Shown one piece after another: positions 36,191 to 45,062 of a stretch of DNA of 45,062 bases (position 1 is its first letter; each line of letters opens with the position of its first letter). Position numbers and translations under genes: made by a program. The notes beneath the pieces were generated by a model. That model had not been told where the DNA came from. It saw nothing but the letters and a program-made list of their open reading frames with translations, and ran no database searches. The DNA is taken from sequence record SRR22947727_843; one strand, given 5' to 3'.

Positions 36191-37215
36191 GTCTTAGACC
36201 GCTGCTTTTGGCCGCCACTTTTGCGGCCCTTGGTTTGCCGGTTATCGCAGGCGACACCTATCAGGCCATTCCGTTCTCAGCGCTCAATGGCTGGCAAGAC
36301 GACGATCACGTGGCGGCACTGGAGGCCTTTAAAGTCACCTGTGGCGATATGTCAGGTGAGGAGTGGGAAAGTCTTTGCGCTTTTGCACAGCAAAACCCAA
36401 ACGCGCGACTGTATTTCGAAACTTTTTTCCAACCCGTGATGACCAAGACCACCGAGCCGGCTCTTTTTACGGGGTATTATGAACCGGAACTAGACGGGTC
36501 TCTCACGCGAACTGGGCGATTTCGGTATCCAATCTACGGCGTGCCGAAGGAGGTGCGCGCTGGTGGCCTTTGGAAAACCCGACGAGACATTGAGGAAAAC
36601 CAAGTCTTAAAGGGCAGGGGGCTTGAATTGGCCTGGGTTGAGAATCCTGCTGATATTTTCTTTTTGCAAATTCAGGGTTCGGGCCGCGTGCGGCTGCAAG
36701 ATGGCACGACCATCCGCCTGGGGTTTGGTGGCTCTAATGGCCATCGGTATCAGGCCATTGGTCCCCATTTGGTTGAGTTAGGTGTTTTGCAGGAGCATGA
36801 AGTATCGGCAAACCGAATTAAACAATGGGTACTGGACAACCCCGAGAAAGGACAGGAAATTGTCTGGGAAAATCCGGCTTATGTATTTTTTCGCCGGGTT
36901 GGTGATGTGCCCAGTGACAAAGGTCCACTTGGCGCGATGAACCGATCACTCACAGCGTTGCGCACCCTGGCCGTTGATCCTAGATATGTCACCCTTGGCG
37001 CGCCCGTCTGGCTTGAAAAGGGTGGGTCAAGACCTCTAAACCGTCTTATGATTGCTCAAGATACAGGCTCCGCCATAACAGGGCCGCAGCGCGCTGACGT
37101 GTTCTTTGGAACGGGATCTCAGGCCGGGATCGCGGCGGGTTTGACCAAAGATTCGGGTCGTATGATCCTTTTGCTGCCAATCCAAGAAGCGCGCGCCCGG
37201 ATTTCGGGGCAATAG
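36187..37215 (+). CDS. mltA: Lytic murein transglycosylase MltA
   Basis: TGYYEP, FFLQIQGSG, NPAYVFF, AVDP and 3D-domain AQDTGSAI.G..RAD.F.G motifs. Confidence 0.93.
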   Translation: MSLRPLLLAATFAALGLPVIAGDTYQAIPFSALNGWQDDDHVAALEAFKVTCGDMSGEEWESLCAFAQQNPNARLYFETFFQPVMTKTTEPALFTGYYEPELDGSLTRTGRFRYPIYGVPKEVRAGGLWKTRRDIEENQVLKGRGLELAWVENPADIFFLQIQGSGRVRLQDGTTIRLGFGGSNGHRYQAIGPHLVELGVLQEHEVSANRIKQWVLDNPEKGQEIVWENPAYVFFRRVGDVPSDKGPLGAMNRSLTALRTLAVDPRYVTLGAPVWLEKGGSRPLNRLMIAQDTGSAITGPQRADVFFGTGSQAGIAAGLTKDSGRMILLLPIQEARARISGQ

Positions 37216-37217
37216 GG

Positions 37218-37796
37218 ATGGCTAGAAAACTGCGTCCAGAAGAGCGAGAGCTTTGGAAAAAGGTGGCTGATACAGCAACACCTTTGGCTCCGCCCACAAA
37301 GATGGAAATGCCGCGGGCCCTGTCTGTACCAAAAGCAGAGATAAAGCGCCCCGCATCGGTACAACCCGACCTCAAGGCCTTCAAAATTGGTATGAAATCA
37401 CGATCCATACCGCCAGCGAGCCGGGCACAGGCCGCGGCGAAGCCTGCGCCTGTGATGGATGCAAAATCCTTTGGGAAGTTGACCCGCGGTAAGTTGCGGC
37501 CCGAGGGGCGCATCGACCTTCATGGGATGACAATGGCGCAAGCCCATCCAGCCTTGCAGGATTTCATTTTGGGATCCGCGCAATTGCAGCGCCGATTGGT
37601 TCTTGTGATTACCGGCAAGGGCAAATTCAAGCCAGATCATGGGCCTATTCCTGAGCGCCATGGGGTATTGAGGCACAATGTTCCGATTTGGTTGCGACAG
37701 TCTCCGCTGTCTTTGGTCATTTTAGAGGTGACACAAGCACATCAGCGCCACGGCGGGGAGGGCGCGCTTTATGTCTATCTGCGCAGGGGTCGCTAA
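37218..37796 (+). CDS. Smr domain protein (small MutS-related endonuclease)
   Basis: IDLHGMT, VITGKG, GVLR..V..WL and HGGEGALYV motifs. Confidence 0.92.
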   Translation: MARKLRPEERELWKKVADTATPLAPPTKMEMPRALSVPKAEIKRPASVQPDLKAFKIGMKSRSIPPASRAQAAAKPAPVMDAKSFGKLTRGKLRPEGRIDLHGMTMAQAHPALQDFILGSAQLQRRLVLVITGKGKFKPDHGPIPERHGVLRHNVPIWLRQSPLSLVILEVTQAHQRHGGEGALYVYLRRGR

Positions 37797-39004
37797 GCCA
37801 GCAAGCTGGCGCGCACGCGCCTGACACCCGCCCACATCATCACAGACGAGAAGCCAAAAAATACGGAAACTGCAACATATTGTGCATCAAGAGCGAGGTT
37901 GTAATCCAGCAAGATCCCCGTCACCGCCGGACCAATCGCTGAGCCCAAAACCATGACGGCCGCCGCCGCCGCTTTGATTGAGCCAAGGTGTTTTGTGCCA
38001 TAAAATTCGGCCCAAAAAGCATTTGGCAGTGTCGCGTTCGCGCCTGCGGACAGGCCCAGGAAAATAAATCCCACCAATGCCGCAACAGGCGATTGACCAT
38101 AGGCAAAGATCAAAAAGGCAAAAATCATTGGCAATTGAAAATAGGGGATCAAGCGGGCGGTGTCTAATTTGTCGAGCAAGATCCCAGATAAAATCATCGC
38201 CCCTATAGAAACAGCGGTGTAAACTGGAAACATGGCCACCAATTGCAAATGCTCCCAGCCTTTAATTTCGGCAAAATGTACCTGGAGGAAGAAAAAAGCG
38301 GTGTTAAATGCTGATTGTCCCAACAGTGCAGGGATCATGAACCAAAACAATGGATGGCCAAGCGCTTGATTGCGGCTCCAATGGCGCCCGCCCATTCCAA
38401 GGGATTGCCCCTCTGTGGCGTTCGATTGAGGGCTACGTTCTTCTGCGAGCAACCAAAGCAGCGCGGGAATGGCCAAAACTGCGACGCCGGCGGCCAAGAC
38501 CCAAACGCTTTGCCAGGTAAAAAATACCAAAAGGCTAACCACCAAAATCGGATAACAGGCCTCACCAATTGAAAATCCAAGGCTGGCCACGGAAAGCGCC
38601 TTGCCGCGGTTGGCCACAAACCAGCGGGACATCGCCACCGCTGCGATATGGGTCGACATGCCCTGACCCGTAAAGCGCAAACAAAAAATGACAACGGGCA
38701 GTAGGGCGACCCAGGGATTGAACGCCATGAATAAACAAGAGGCCGCAAGCGCCGCCAAGACAATCGGCCCGAGGTGACGCGCGCGCATGACATCGGTCAA
38801 ACCACCGGACCAAACCATCACAATTGCCGATGCAAATGTGCCAAACCCGTAGATTGCCCCCCAATCTCCATGGGATAGGTTGAAGGCTGCGCGAATTTCA
38901 CCTGCAAATATTGAGATGAAATATGTCTGCCCAAAGCTCGAGATTAAAGTGAGCAGGGCCCCGGCTGTGAGCCACCGGCTGTTTTGCAAAATGAAACGTA
39001 TCAT
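37793..39004 (-). CDS. MFS transporter
   Basis: About 12 hydrophobic segments; SSFGQT, RWF...RGKA and G.LLDK motifs. Confidence 0.88.
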   Translation of the reverse strand: MIRFILQNSRWLTAGALLTLISSFGQTYFISIFAGEIRAAFNLSHGDWGAIYGFGTFASAIVMVWSGGLTDVMRARHLGPIVLAALAASCLFMAFNPWVALLPVVIFCLRFTGQGMSTHIAAVAMSRWFVANRGKALSVASLGFSIGEACYPILVVSLLVFFTWQSVWVLAAGVAVLAIPALLWLLAEERSPQSNATEGQSLGMGGRHWSRNQALGHPLFWFMIPALLGQSAFNTAFFFLQVHFAEIKGWEHLQLVAMFPVYTAVSIGAMILSGILLDKLDTARLIPYFQLPMIFAFLIFAYGQSPVAALVGFIFLGLSAGANATLPNAFWAEFYGTKHLGSIKAAAAAVMVLGSAIGPAVTGILLDYNLALDAQYVAVSVFFGFSSVMMWAGVRRVRASLLA

Positions 39005-39041
39005 GCGCTGTTGTCAGACGAAATGTGACCGCTGACAAGAG

Positions 39042-40349
39042 CTATAATACGTAGCGAGACAGATCTGTTGATTGCAATAGGCTGTCGAGATGTTTGTTGA
39101 CATAGGCCTTATCAATAACCACCTCAGACCCCGCCTGATCAGGTGCAGCAAAAGACAATTCCTCAAACACCCGCTCGATGACCGTATAGAGCCGCCGCGC
39201 GCCAATGTTTTCGACGGAGCGATTCACCTCGGCGGCCGCTTGCGCCAAAGCTTTTATACCGTCCTCACTAAAGCTGACGGAGACATCTTCCGTGCTCATA
39301 AGCGCTGAATATTGCAAAGTTAATGCGTTTTCAGTTTCCGACAGAATGCGTATAAAATCCTCTTCGGTAAGATCTCGCAGCTCCACACGGATCGGCAGGC
39401 GGCCCTGAAGCTCAGGTAAGAGGTCAGACGGTTTTGCAACATGAAATGCGCCGGAGGCAATAAACAAAATATGGTCTGTTTTCACTGGCCCATGTTTGGT
39501 GGACACGGTTGTACCTTCAATCAAAGGCAGCAAATCACGCTGGACACCTTCGCGACTGACGTCCGCTCCGCGCGCATCGGCGCGCGCGCAGACCTTATCA
39601 ATTTCATCAAGAAACACGATTCCGCTTTGCTCTACAGCCGTCACGGCGGCTTTGGTGACGATTTCATCGTCGAGCAGCTTATCTGCTTCTTCTCCGAGCA
39701 ACACATCATAGCTGGCAGCTACGGTCATCTTTTTGCGACTGGTCCTGCCGCCCATAGCTTTGCCGAAGATATCTCCAAGGTTCATCATTCCCATCTGACT
39801 GCCCGGCTGACCGGGAAGGTCCAGCATCGACATGGGGTTAGAGGTATCGGCAACCTCAAGTTCGATGATCGTGTCATCCAGCTCTCCACTGCGCAATTTC
39901 TTGCGGAACATTTCGCGGGTTGCATCGCGGGCATCTGCTCCAGCAATGGCCTCAATCACACGCTCTTCGGCGGCTTCTTTCGCGCGCGCGCGGACATCTT
40001 CGCGCATGTGATCGCGGGTCATGGCGATGCTTGAGTCGACCAAATCCCGAATAATTTGCTCAACATCCCGGCCAACATAGCCCACCTCAGTGAATTTTGT
40101 GGCTTCGACCTTAAGGAAGGGTGCGCGGGCCAATTTGGCCAATCGGCGGCTAATTTCGGTTTTACCCACCCCGGTGGGGCCAATCATGAGAATATTTTTC
40201 GGGTAAACTTCATCACGAAGCTCATCGGGCAATTGTTTACGGCGCCACCGGTTGCGCATGGCAACAGCAACAGCGCGTTTGGCGTCATTTTGGCCGACAA
40301 TATGGCGGTCTAGCTCAGATACGATTTCGCGAGGGGTTAGGTCGGTCAT
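39042..40349 (-). CDS. hslU: ATP-dependent protease ATPase subunit HslU
   Basis: [34 protein letters not shown] and terminal RYVL motifs. Confidence 0.98.
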   Translation of the reverse strand: MTDLTPREIVSELDRHIVGQNDAKRAVAVAMRNRWRRKQLPDELRDEVYPKNILMIGPTGVGKTEISRRLAKLARAPFLKVEATKFTEVGYVGRDVEQIIRDLVDSSIAMTRDHMREDVRARAKEAAEERVIEAIAGADARDATREMFRKKLRSGELDDTIIELEVADTSNPMSMLDLPGQPGSQMGMMNLGDIFGKAMGGRTSRKKMTVAASYDVLLGEEADKLLDDEIVTKAAVTAVEQSGIVFLDEIDKVCARADARGADVSREGVQRDLLPLIEGTTVSTKHGPVKTDHILFIASGAFHVAKPSDLLPELQGRLPIRVELRDLTEEDFIRILSETENALTLQYSALMSTEDVSVSFSEDGIKALAQAAAEVNRSVENIGARRLYTVIERVFEELSFAAPDQAGSEVVIDKAYVNKHLDSLLQSTDLSRYVL

Positions 40350-40903
40350 TTTGAAATTACCTCAACGGTCAGGTTGCCATTTGTATAAACACAAATATCC
40401 GAGGCAATCGCCATGGCTTTGCGAGCAATCTCCTCTGCATTGAGATCTGTTTCTTGCAGGCCGCGCGCGGCGGCCAGGGCGAAGTTGCCGCCAGAGCCAA
40501 TTGCCGCAATCCCATGTTCTGGCTCCAGCACATCCCCGGCGCCGGTGATGATTAAGAGTTCAGCCCCATCAGTGACAATCAGCATGGCTTCGAGCTTTTG
40601 TAAATATTTGTCTGTGCGCCAATCTTTGGCCAGCTCAACACAGGCGCGTTGTAGCTGTCCGGGAGTGGCTTCGAGTTTCGCCTCTAGCCTTTCCAAAAGG
40701 GTAAAAGCGTCAGCTGTAGAGCCAGCGAAGCCCACCACAACATCATTTCCACCCGGTGATAAGCGCCGCACTTTGCGCGCGGTTCCCTTTATGACCGTTG
40801 GTCCAAGGCTGACTTGGCCGTCGCCGGCAACCACAACTTGAGTGCCTTTACGCACGCCAATAATCGTTGTGCCGTGCCAACCGGGGAAATTTGTATCGCT
40901 CAT
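40346..40903 (-). CDS. hslV: ATP-dependent protease peptidase subunit HslV
   Basis: HG-TTI (catalytic Thr after a short propeptide), [15 protein letters not shown] and IGSGG motifs. Confidence 0.98.
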   Translation of the reverse strand: MSDTNFPGWHGTTIIGVRKGTQVVVAGDGQVSLGPTVIKGTARKVRRLSPGGNDVVVGFAGSTADAFTLLERLEAKLEATPGQLQRACVELAKDWRTDKYLQKLEAMLIVTDGAELLIITGAGDVLEPEHGIAAIGSGGNFALAAARGLQETDLNAEEIARKAMAIASDICVYTNGNLTVEVISK

Positions 40904-40927
40904 CTGCTTCTCCTCATTACGGACGCT

Positions 40928-40956
40928 ATATGGGAAATGCCACTTCTGGCAACAAG
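40928..40956 (-). promoter_or_regulatory. RpoH (sigma32)-type promoter for hslVU
   Basis: CTTG-N18-CCCATAT on the minus strand, directly after the trxA terminator and upstream of SD GAGGAG. Confidence 0.75.
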
Positions 40957-40962
40957 GGCACG

Positions 40963-40989
40963 AAAAAAGGCGCCCAAAGGAGCGCCCTT
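40963..40989 (-). terminator. Intrinsic terminator of trxA
   Basis: Minus strand reads AAGGGCGCT-CCTTTG-GGCGCCTTT followed by TTT. Confidence 0.8.
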
Positions 40990-41010
40990 CTCAGAAATAG
41001 AGACTTCATC

Positions 41011-41331
41011 TTAAATGGCGTCGTCAATCCAGCTTTTGAGAGCCGCTTTTGGGGCTGCGCCTGTTTTGTTGGAAATGACTTGTCCGTCTTTAAACAAAAA
41101 CAATGCTGGAATACCACGCACACCCAGGGCGGCTGCGGCGGAGGGGTTGCTATCGACATCCACCTTGACCACTTTGATTTTGCCCTCCATTTCGACAGAA
41201 AGCTCTTCGAGTGACGGGCCAATTTGCTTGCACGGTCCGCACCATTCTGCCCAAAAATCCACCACAACAGGCAGATCAGAGTCTTTTACAATACTATCAA
41301 AAGTTGCGTCTGTAGCAGCGACAGTGGCCAT
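41011..41331 (-). CDS. trxA: Thioredoxin
   Basis: [11 protein letters not shown] and GIP.L..FK.G motifs. Confidence 0.98.
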   Translation of the reverse strand: MATVAATDATFDSIVKDSDLPVVVDFWAEWCGPCKQIGPSLEELSVEMEGKIKVVKVDVDSNPSAAAALGVRGIPALFLFKDGQVISNKTGAAPKAALKSWIDDAI

Positions 41332-41365
41332 GGGGTTACTCCAAATGTTATAAGGCTTTCCTAAG

Positions 41366-41394
41366 AGTTAGAGTTGCAAGCGCCCAGCGTCAAG
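41366..41394 (-). promoter_or_regulatory. Candidate trxA promoter overlapping the addA stop codon
   Basis: CTTGAC-N17-CTAACT on the minus strand, close to the alphaproteobacterial CTTGAC-N17-CTATAT consensus. Confidence 0.55.
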
Positions 41395-44300
41395 CAGGTG
41401 ATGTATTTGCCAAGGATGAAATCACAAGATCTGGCGGTAGCGGCATGAGCTCAAGGGTTTTTGTCCATAAAATTGCGGTTTCGATGTCATGATGGGGATA
41501 GATTTGTGATAAAGCGGCGGCATAGGCCCCCATCTGCCTTAAAAGTCCGCTCGGAACCTGCGCAACCTCGCTTGGCACGATTTGATTGGACTTGAAATCG
41601 ACCGCCAATACCCGCGTTGGTGAAATAAGCAGCCTATCTATGGATCCTTGGATCGGATCACCGTTCAGCTCTGGCAAATGGGCACTTATATCGACTTCAG
41701 CCAGACTTTCGGGGGCAAAAATATAGGCCAGCTGTGGTTGTTGCAGCACCGCGCGGGCCTCTTGGAAAGCAGCGGCTTGGATATCTGCCTCAACCAAACG
41801 TTGTGCGATATGGCCCCATTGATCTTGCGGCGCATTGGGCAAGACCTCCAAGAGCCGATGCACCGCCGTTCCCAGTCGCTTTGCATTTTCAGCGTCCTGC
41901 GGCGTGCCCCCGGGCAAAACCTTATCGCCTCCCAAATCGGATGGTGAGCGGGGGGCTGCAGGGGCTTGGGCTGGTTTGGTATAGGGAATTGCCCAGCATG
42001 GCACGGATTGCTTCATGACCTGAGGCTGTACAGGGTCACTTTGCGGTCCCGCTGACCATTGCATCGGCTCATACCGCAACCCCAAACCGGCGACGGTGTT
42101 CAACGGCGCAGCGCCAAGGGCAGAAATCGCATCCTGTATGGCGTTATGCCAACACTCTTTCCCCTCTTTAATATCTCCTGAGCCCATAACAATGAGCCAG
42201 CTCTCCGCTCGGGTCATGGCCACATAGAGTAGACGGTCACGCTCCTCTTCTTGCTGTCGCTGCTTGTCTCTAAGGCTGGACTGCAGCGCGGCTGGTATAA
42301 GATCTTTGTTTGGAGACCAAACCGCGATCGTGTTATGGGGCACCACTTCTGGCAGTTTGGGGGCTTTGCGTGGCGCTGTGTCGGGCAAAATTACGATAGG
42401 TGCCTCCAGGCCCTTGGCGCCATGGACCGTCATCACACGAATTTTGTCGCCAACACTGTCCATCTGACGTTTGATTTCCAGATCATCGGCATCCAGCCAG
42501 ACGAGAAACCCGGTGAGATTGGGAATATTGCTGCGCTCATAGGCCAGAGATTGGCTGACCAAAGCATCAATCCCTTCGGCGGCTTCTGGTCCCAATTGGC
42601 CCAGTAAGGCTGAGCGACCGCCGTGGATTGTCAATATATGTTCGATCAGCTCAAAGGGGCGCTTGAAATCTGCAAGATCTCGGAGCTCAGTGAGCCGTTG
42701 CACTGTATTTGGGAATTCCTCTTCTCGGTTTTGCAAGCTGCGCCACAAAAAGGGTGAGTCTCGACCCTGCGCGAGATCAAAAAGCTCTTGTTCTGACCAT
42801 CCAAAAAGTGGTGATTTCAACGCTTCGGCCAAAGATAAATTGTCTTCCGGCAGCGCCAAAAAGGCCAGCAAGGAGCGAATATCGCGAACGGCCAGCTCGG
42901 CCGCAACTTTCAAACGATCCGCCCCAGCGATTGGTAGGCCGGCTTCCTTACAGGCTCGGTGAATTTCGCGAAACAGCAATTTTTGACGGCCCTGAACCAG
43001 AATCAAAAAATCACCTGCTGTGATTTTACGCTGAAAGGCGGCACCCGTGTCATCCAGCTGCGTGAGCGTCTCAGTTTCGATCAAATCACAGATATGTCCG
43101 GCCAGAGCATCGGCCACTTGTTTGTCTTGATGATCTGTTGAAACCTCATCCACGGGATCCGTCCAATGGTGCGGCTCTGTCTTGTCGGGGGCTTGAAACA
43201 CAGGCCAAACATCAACGCGGCCTGGAAGGTCCGCTTTAAATGCCAAATGTGCGGACCCAGAGCCAAGTCCGCTGCGATTGGCAAAGACCTGATCCACGAC
43301 ACCCAAGATTGCCGAAGATGAGCGAAAGGAATAATCCAAAGTGGTCGATTGAAAAGGCTGATCGATTTCGTGCAATTTCTGGGAAAATTGGTCACGCATC
43401 CGATCAAAACCATCCGGATCTGCGCCTTGGAAGGAATAAATTGACTGTTTTTTATCGCCCACAACGAAGATTGTTCGGGGCACATCTGCCCGTGCACCTT
43501 CACCTGATGTGAACTCTTGAGCGAGAAGGCGGATCACATCCCATTGCGCTGGGCTTGTGTCTTGGGCCTCATCCACAAGAATATGATCAATGCCACCATC
43601 CAAGCGAAATAAGACCCAAGTGGCGACGCGTTCATCCGACAGCAGATGGCGCGTGCGCATGATGAGATCATTAAAGTCTAAGAATCCCCGCGCCTGTTTT
43701 CTTGCGCGATAGGTGCCGAGAAATTCCGCTGCAAAATTATAGAGCGCCAGGCTCCGTCTGGCGACATTCAGGCTCAGACGGCTTTGCCGCCCAGCCTCAA
43801 CGCGCAACATAAGGGCCTCAACCTGTGCCATGCCCGGCAGCTCAGCGCGCGTGGCCTTCGTGGGAAACGATCCTATTTTTGCCGAGCCCGGAGCTTTGCC
43901 CGTTTTGTTCAAAAATACGGATTCCAATGTTGGCAGGTCGGCCGTGGTGAGCTCTGGGCCGGGGATGGCTTGCAATCGCAGACCGGCCTTAAAGTCGTTG
44001 CTATTCTCGTCTTTGGTCATGAGGAGTGCTTTAAGCTCTTCAATATGTTGGAAGTCGTCCGGTAGGAAACATTCACGGGCCAGAGATGCGTCATCATACC
44101 CAGCCGGCAGGCCCAATGCCTTCCAAATACCATCTGCGCCGGGATGGCTGTCAAAATGATGATCCAGATTTAAAATTGCATGCAGAAATTTTTGTAAGTC
44201 TGGCCCTGTAAAATGTTCTGCGATACCGTCAAAACTGGATTGTCCCTGGCCATCTGCAATGGCTTCAACCACCTCATCAAGAAGAAGATTTTGGGCTCGT

Positions 44301-44746
44301 TCATCGATCTCGACGAATTGTGGATTTACTCTCGCCTCCAGGGGAAATCGCCGTAGGATTGCGGCGCAGAAGGAATGGATGGTTTGAATTTTCAGGCCAC
44401 CGGGTGCCTCTACCGCGCGGGCAAAGAGTGTTCGGGCCCGATCAATGTCGTCGGGCCCGAGGTCGCGCTCGACGCCAAGGGCCGCCAGCTCGTCCAAAAG
44501 CGTGACATCGTCCAACATGGTCCAGCGCCCCAACCGTTTGAACAGCCGGTTTTGCATCTCCGACGCCGCCGCTTTTGTATAGGTCAGGCAAAGAATATTT
44601 TGCGGCATCACCCCATCGAGCAACAACCGCGCCACGCGATCTGTCAGCACGCGCGTTTTTCCAGAGCCGGCATTGGCCGCGAGCCATGTTGAGCGCCCCG
44701 GGTGGGCCGCTTCGATTTGTCGGAGGCTTGCATCGCTCAACTTCAT
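41390..44746 (-). CDS. addA: Double-strand break repair helicase/nuclease AddA
   Basis: ANAGSGKT, TYTKAAA, TIHSFC, DEAQD, GDKKQSIYSF, TVHGAKGLE and LYVAMTRA; C-terminal nuclease IDRL...DFKS. Start 44746 overlaps the addB stop (ATGA). Confidence 0.95.
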   Translation of the reverse strand: MKLSDASLRQIEAAHPGRSTWLAANAGSGKTRVLTDRVARLLLDGVMPQNILCLTYTKAAASEMQNRLFKRLGRWTMLDDVTLLDELAALGVERDLGPDDIDRARTLFARAVEAPGGLKIQTIHSFCAAILRRFPLEARVNPQFVEIDERAQNLLLDEVVEAIADGQGQSSFDGIAEHFTGPDLQKFLHAILNLDHHFDSHPGADGIWKALGLPAGYDDASLARECFLPDDFQHIEELKALLMTKDENSNDFKAGLRLQAIPGPELTTADLPTLESVFLNKTGKAPGSAKIGSFPTKATRAELPGMAQVEALMLRVEAGRQSRLSLNVARRSLALYNFAAEFLGTYRARKQARGFLDFNDLIMRTRHLLSDERVATWVLFRLDGGIDHILVDEAQDTSPAQWDVIRLLAQEFTSGEGARADVPRTIFVVGDKKQSIYSFQGADPDGFDRMRDQFSQKLHEIDQPFQSTTLDYSFRSSSAILGVVDQVFANRSGLGSGSAHLAFKADLPGRVDVWPVFQAPDKTEPHHWTDPVDEVSTDHQDKQVADALAGHICDLIETETLTQLDDTGAAFQRKITAGDFLILVQGRQKLLFREIHRACKEAGLPIAGADRLKVAAELAVRDIRSLLAFLALPEDNLSLAEALKSPLFGWSEQELFDLAQGRDSPFLWRSLQNREEEFPNTVQRLTELRDLADFKRPFELIEHILTIHGGRSALLGQLGPEAAEGIDALVSQSLAYERSNIPNLTGFLVWLDADDLEIKRQMDSVGDKIRVMTVHGAKGLEAPIVILPDTAPRKAPKLPEVVPHNTIAVWSPNKDLIPAALQSSLRDKQRQQEEERDRLLYVAMTRAESWLIVMGSGDIKEGKECWHNAIQDAISALGAAPLNTVAGLGLRYEPMQWSAGPQSDPVQPQVMKQSVPCWAIPYTKPAQAPAAPRSPSDLGGDKVLPGGTPQDAENAKRLGTAVHRLLEVLPNAPQDQWGHIAQRLVEADIQAAAFQEARAVLQQPQLAYIFAPESLAEVDISAHLPELNGDPIQGSIDRLLISPTRVLAVDFKSNQIVPSEVAQVPSGLLRQMGAYAAALSQIYPHHDIETAILWTKTLELMPLPPDLVISSLANTSPA

Positions 44747-45062
44747 TTTGACACCTTGATGACTGTGGCGCGCTGGTTGGTGCTCCATTCACCAAAGCGG
44801 GCCAGGTGGTCATAATCTGACGCATCATCTGCTTTCAGCATCGCGCGCCGCGCGGCATAACCTTGTTCTGGAGATTGATAGGCGCGGATTAATTTGGAAA
44901 AACCCGACCATACATCAGCCTCATCTATAGGTGCAGGCAGTTCACAGGGCGCATTATCAAGGCCGATATAGGTTGCCCCAGCCACTTTGAGCGGTCCTAA
45001 TCCGGGAAATCCACCGCGCCGCAGGATCTCAACTTCCAGTAGGAGCTGTTTGTCGAAATGCA
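44743..45062 (-). CDS. addB: Double-strand break repair protein AddB, 3' end (truncated by the window edge)
   Basis: Open frame from the window end with FDKQLLLE...GGF and terminal YDHLARFGEW, directly upstream of addA. Confidence 0.85.
   Translation of the reverse strand, partial: HFDKQLLLEVEILRRGGFPGLGPLKVAGATYIGLDNAPCELPAPIDEADVWSGFSKLIRAYQSPEQGYAARRAMLKADDASDYDHLARFGEWSTNQRATVIKVSK

Noticed and set aside
1-45062. CRISPR arrays, tRNA/rRNA genes, IS elements, prophage or defence genes
   Set aside because: I saw no regularly spaced direct repeats, cloverleaf-like sequences, or transposase, integrase or phage motifs. Nearly all DNA is accounted for by core genes, and the intergenic gaps are short.

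Overview
This is a densely coding, core-chromosome window from an alphaproteobacterium. Gene order and protein sequences point to Rhodobacteraceae / marine Roseobacter group (inference, not a database result). It spans the probable replication origin, about 31323-31717 between hemJ and maf, with DnaA boxes and an AT-rich segment. To its left lies the rho-mnmE-mnmG-rsmG-parA-parB block with two perfect parS palindromes; to its right lie maf/aroE-coaE-dnaQ, secB-fxsA, tim44-mltA-smr, an MFS gene, hslUV, trxA, addA and the 3' end of addB. Further left are hrcA-grpE, rph-rdgB-hemW, mutS, maeB-ribokinase, a class IV aminotransferase-like / sulfotransferase-like pair, argG, ilvA, hslO-nudL-cca, an ABC exporter, rlmD, a BacNav channel, and an L,D-transpeptidase / CAP / small-protein envelope cluster. 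I saw no rRNA, tRNA, CRISPR array, integrase or transposase. Four signals stand out. (1) A tiny secreted protein with a predicted Gly-Gly mature N-terminus and a C-terminal membrane anchor sits next to L,D-transpeptidases, making it a candidate peptidoglycan tether. (2) A fold-type IV 'aminotransferase' appears to lack the canonical PLP Lys and Glu and is coupled to a sulfotransferase-like protein. (3) Maf and AroE form one fused ORF. (4) A perfect 18-bp palindrome covers the maeB -10 box. Many start codons were re-assigned by eye from the ORF track, and all motif alignments are manual.
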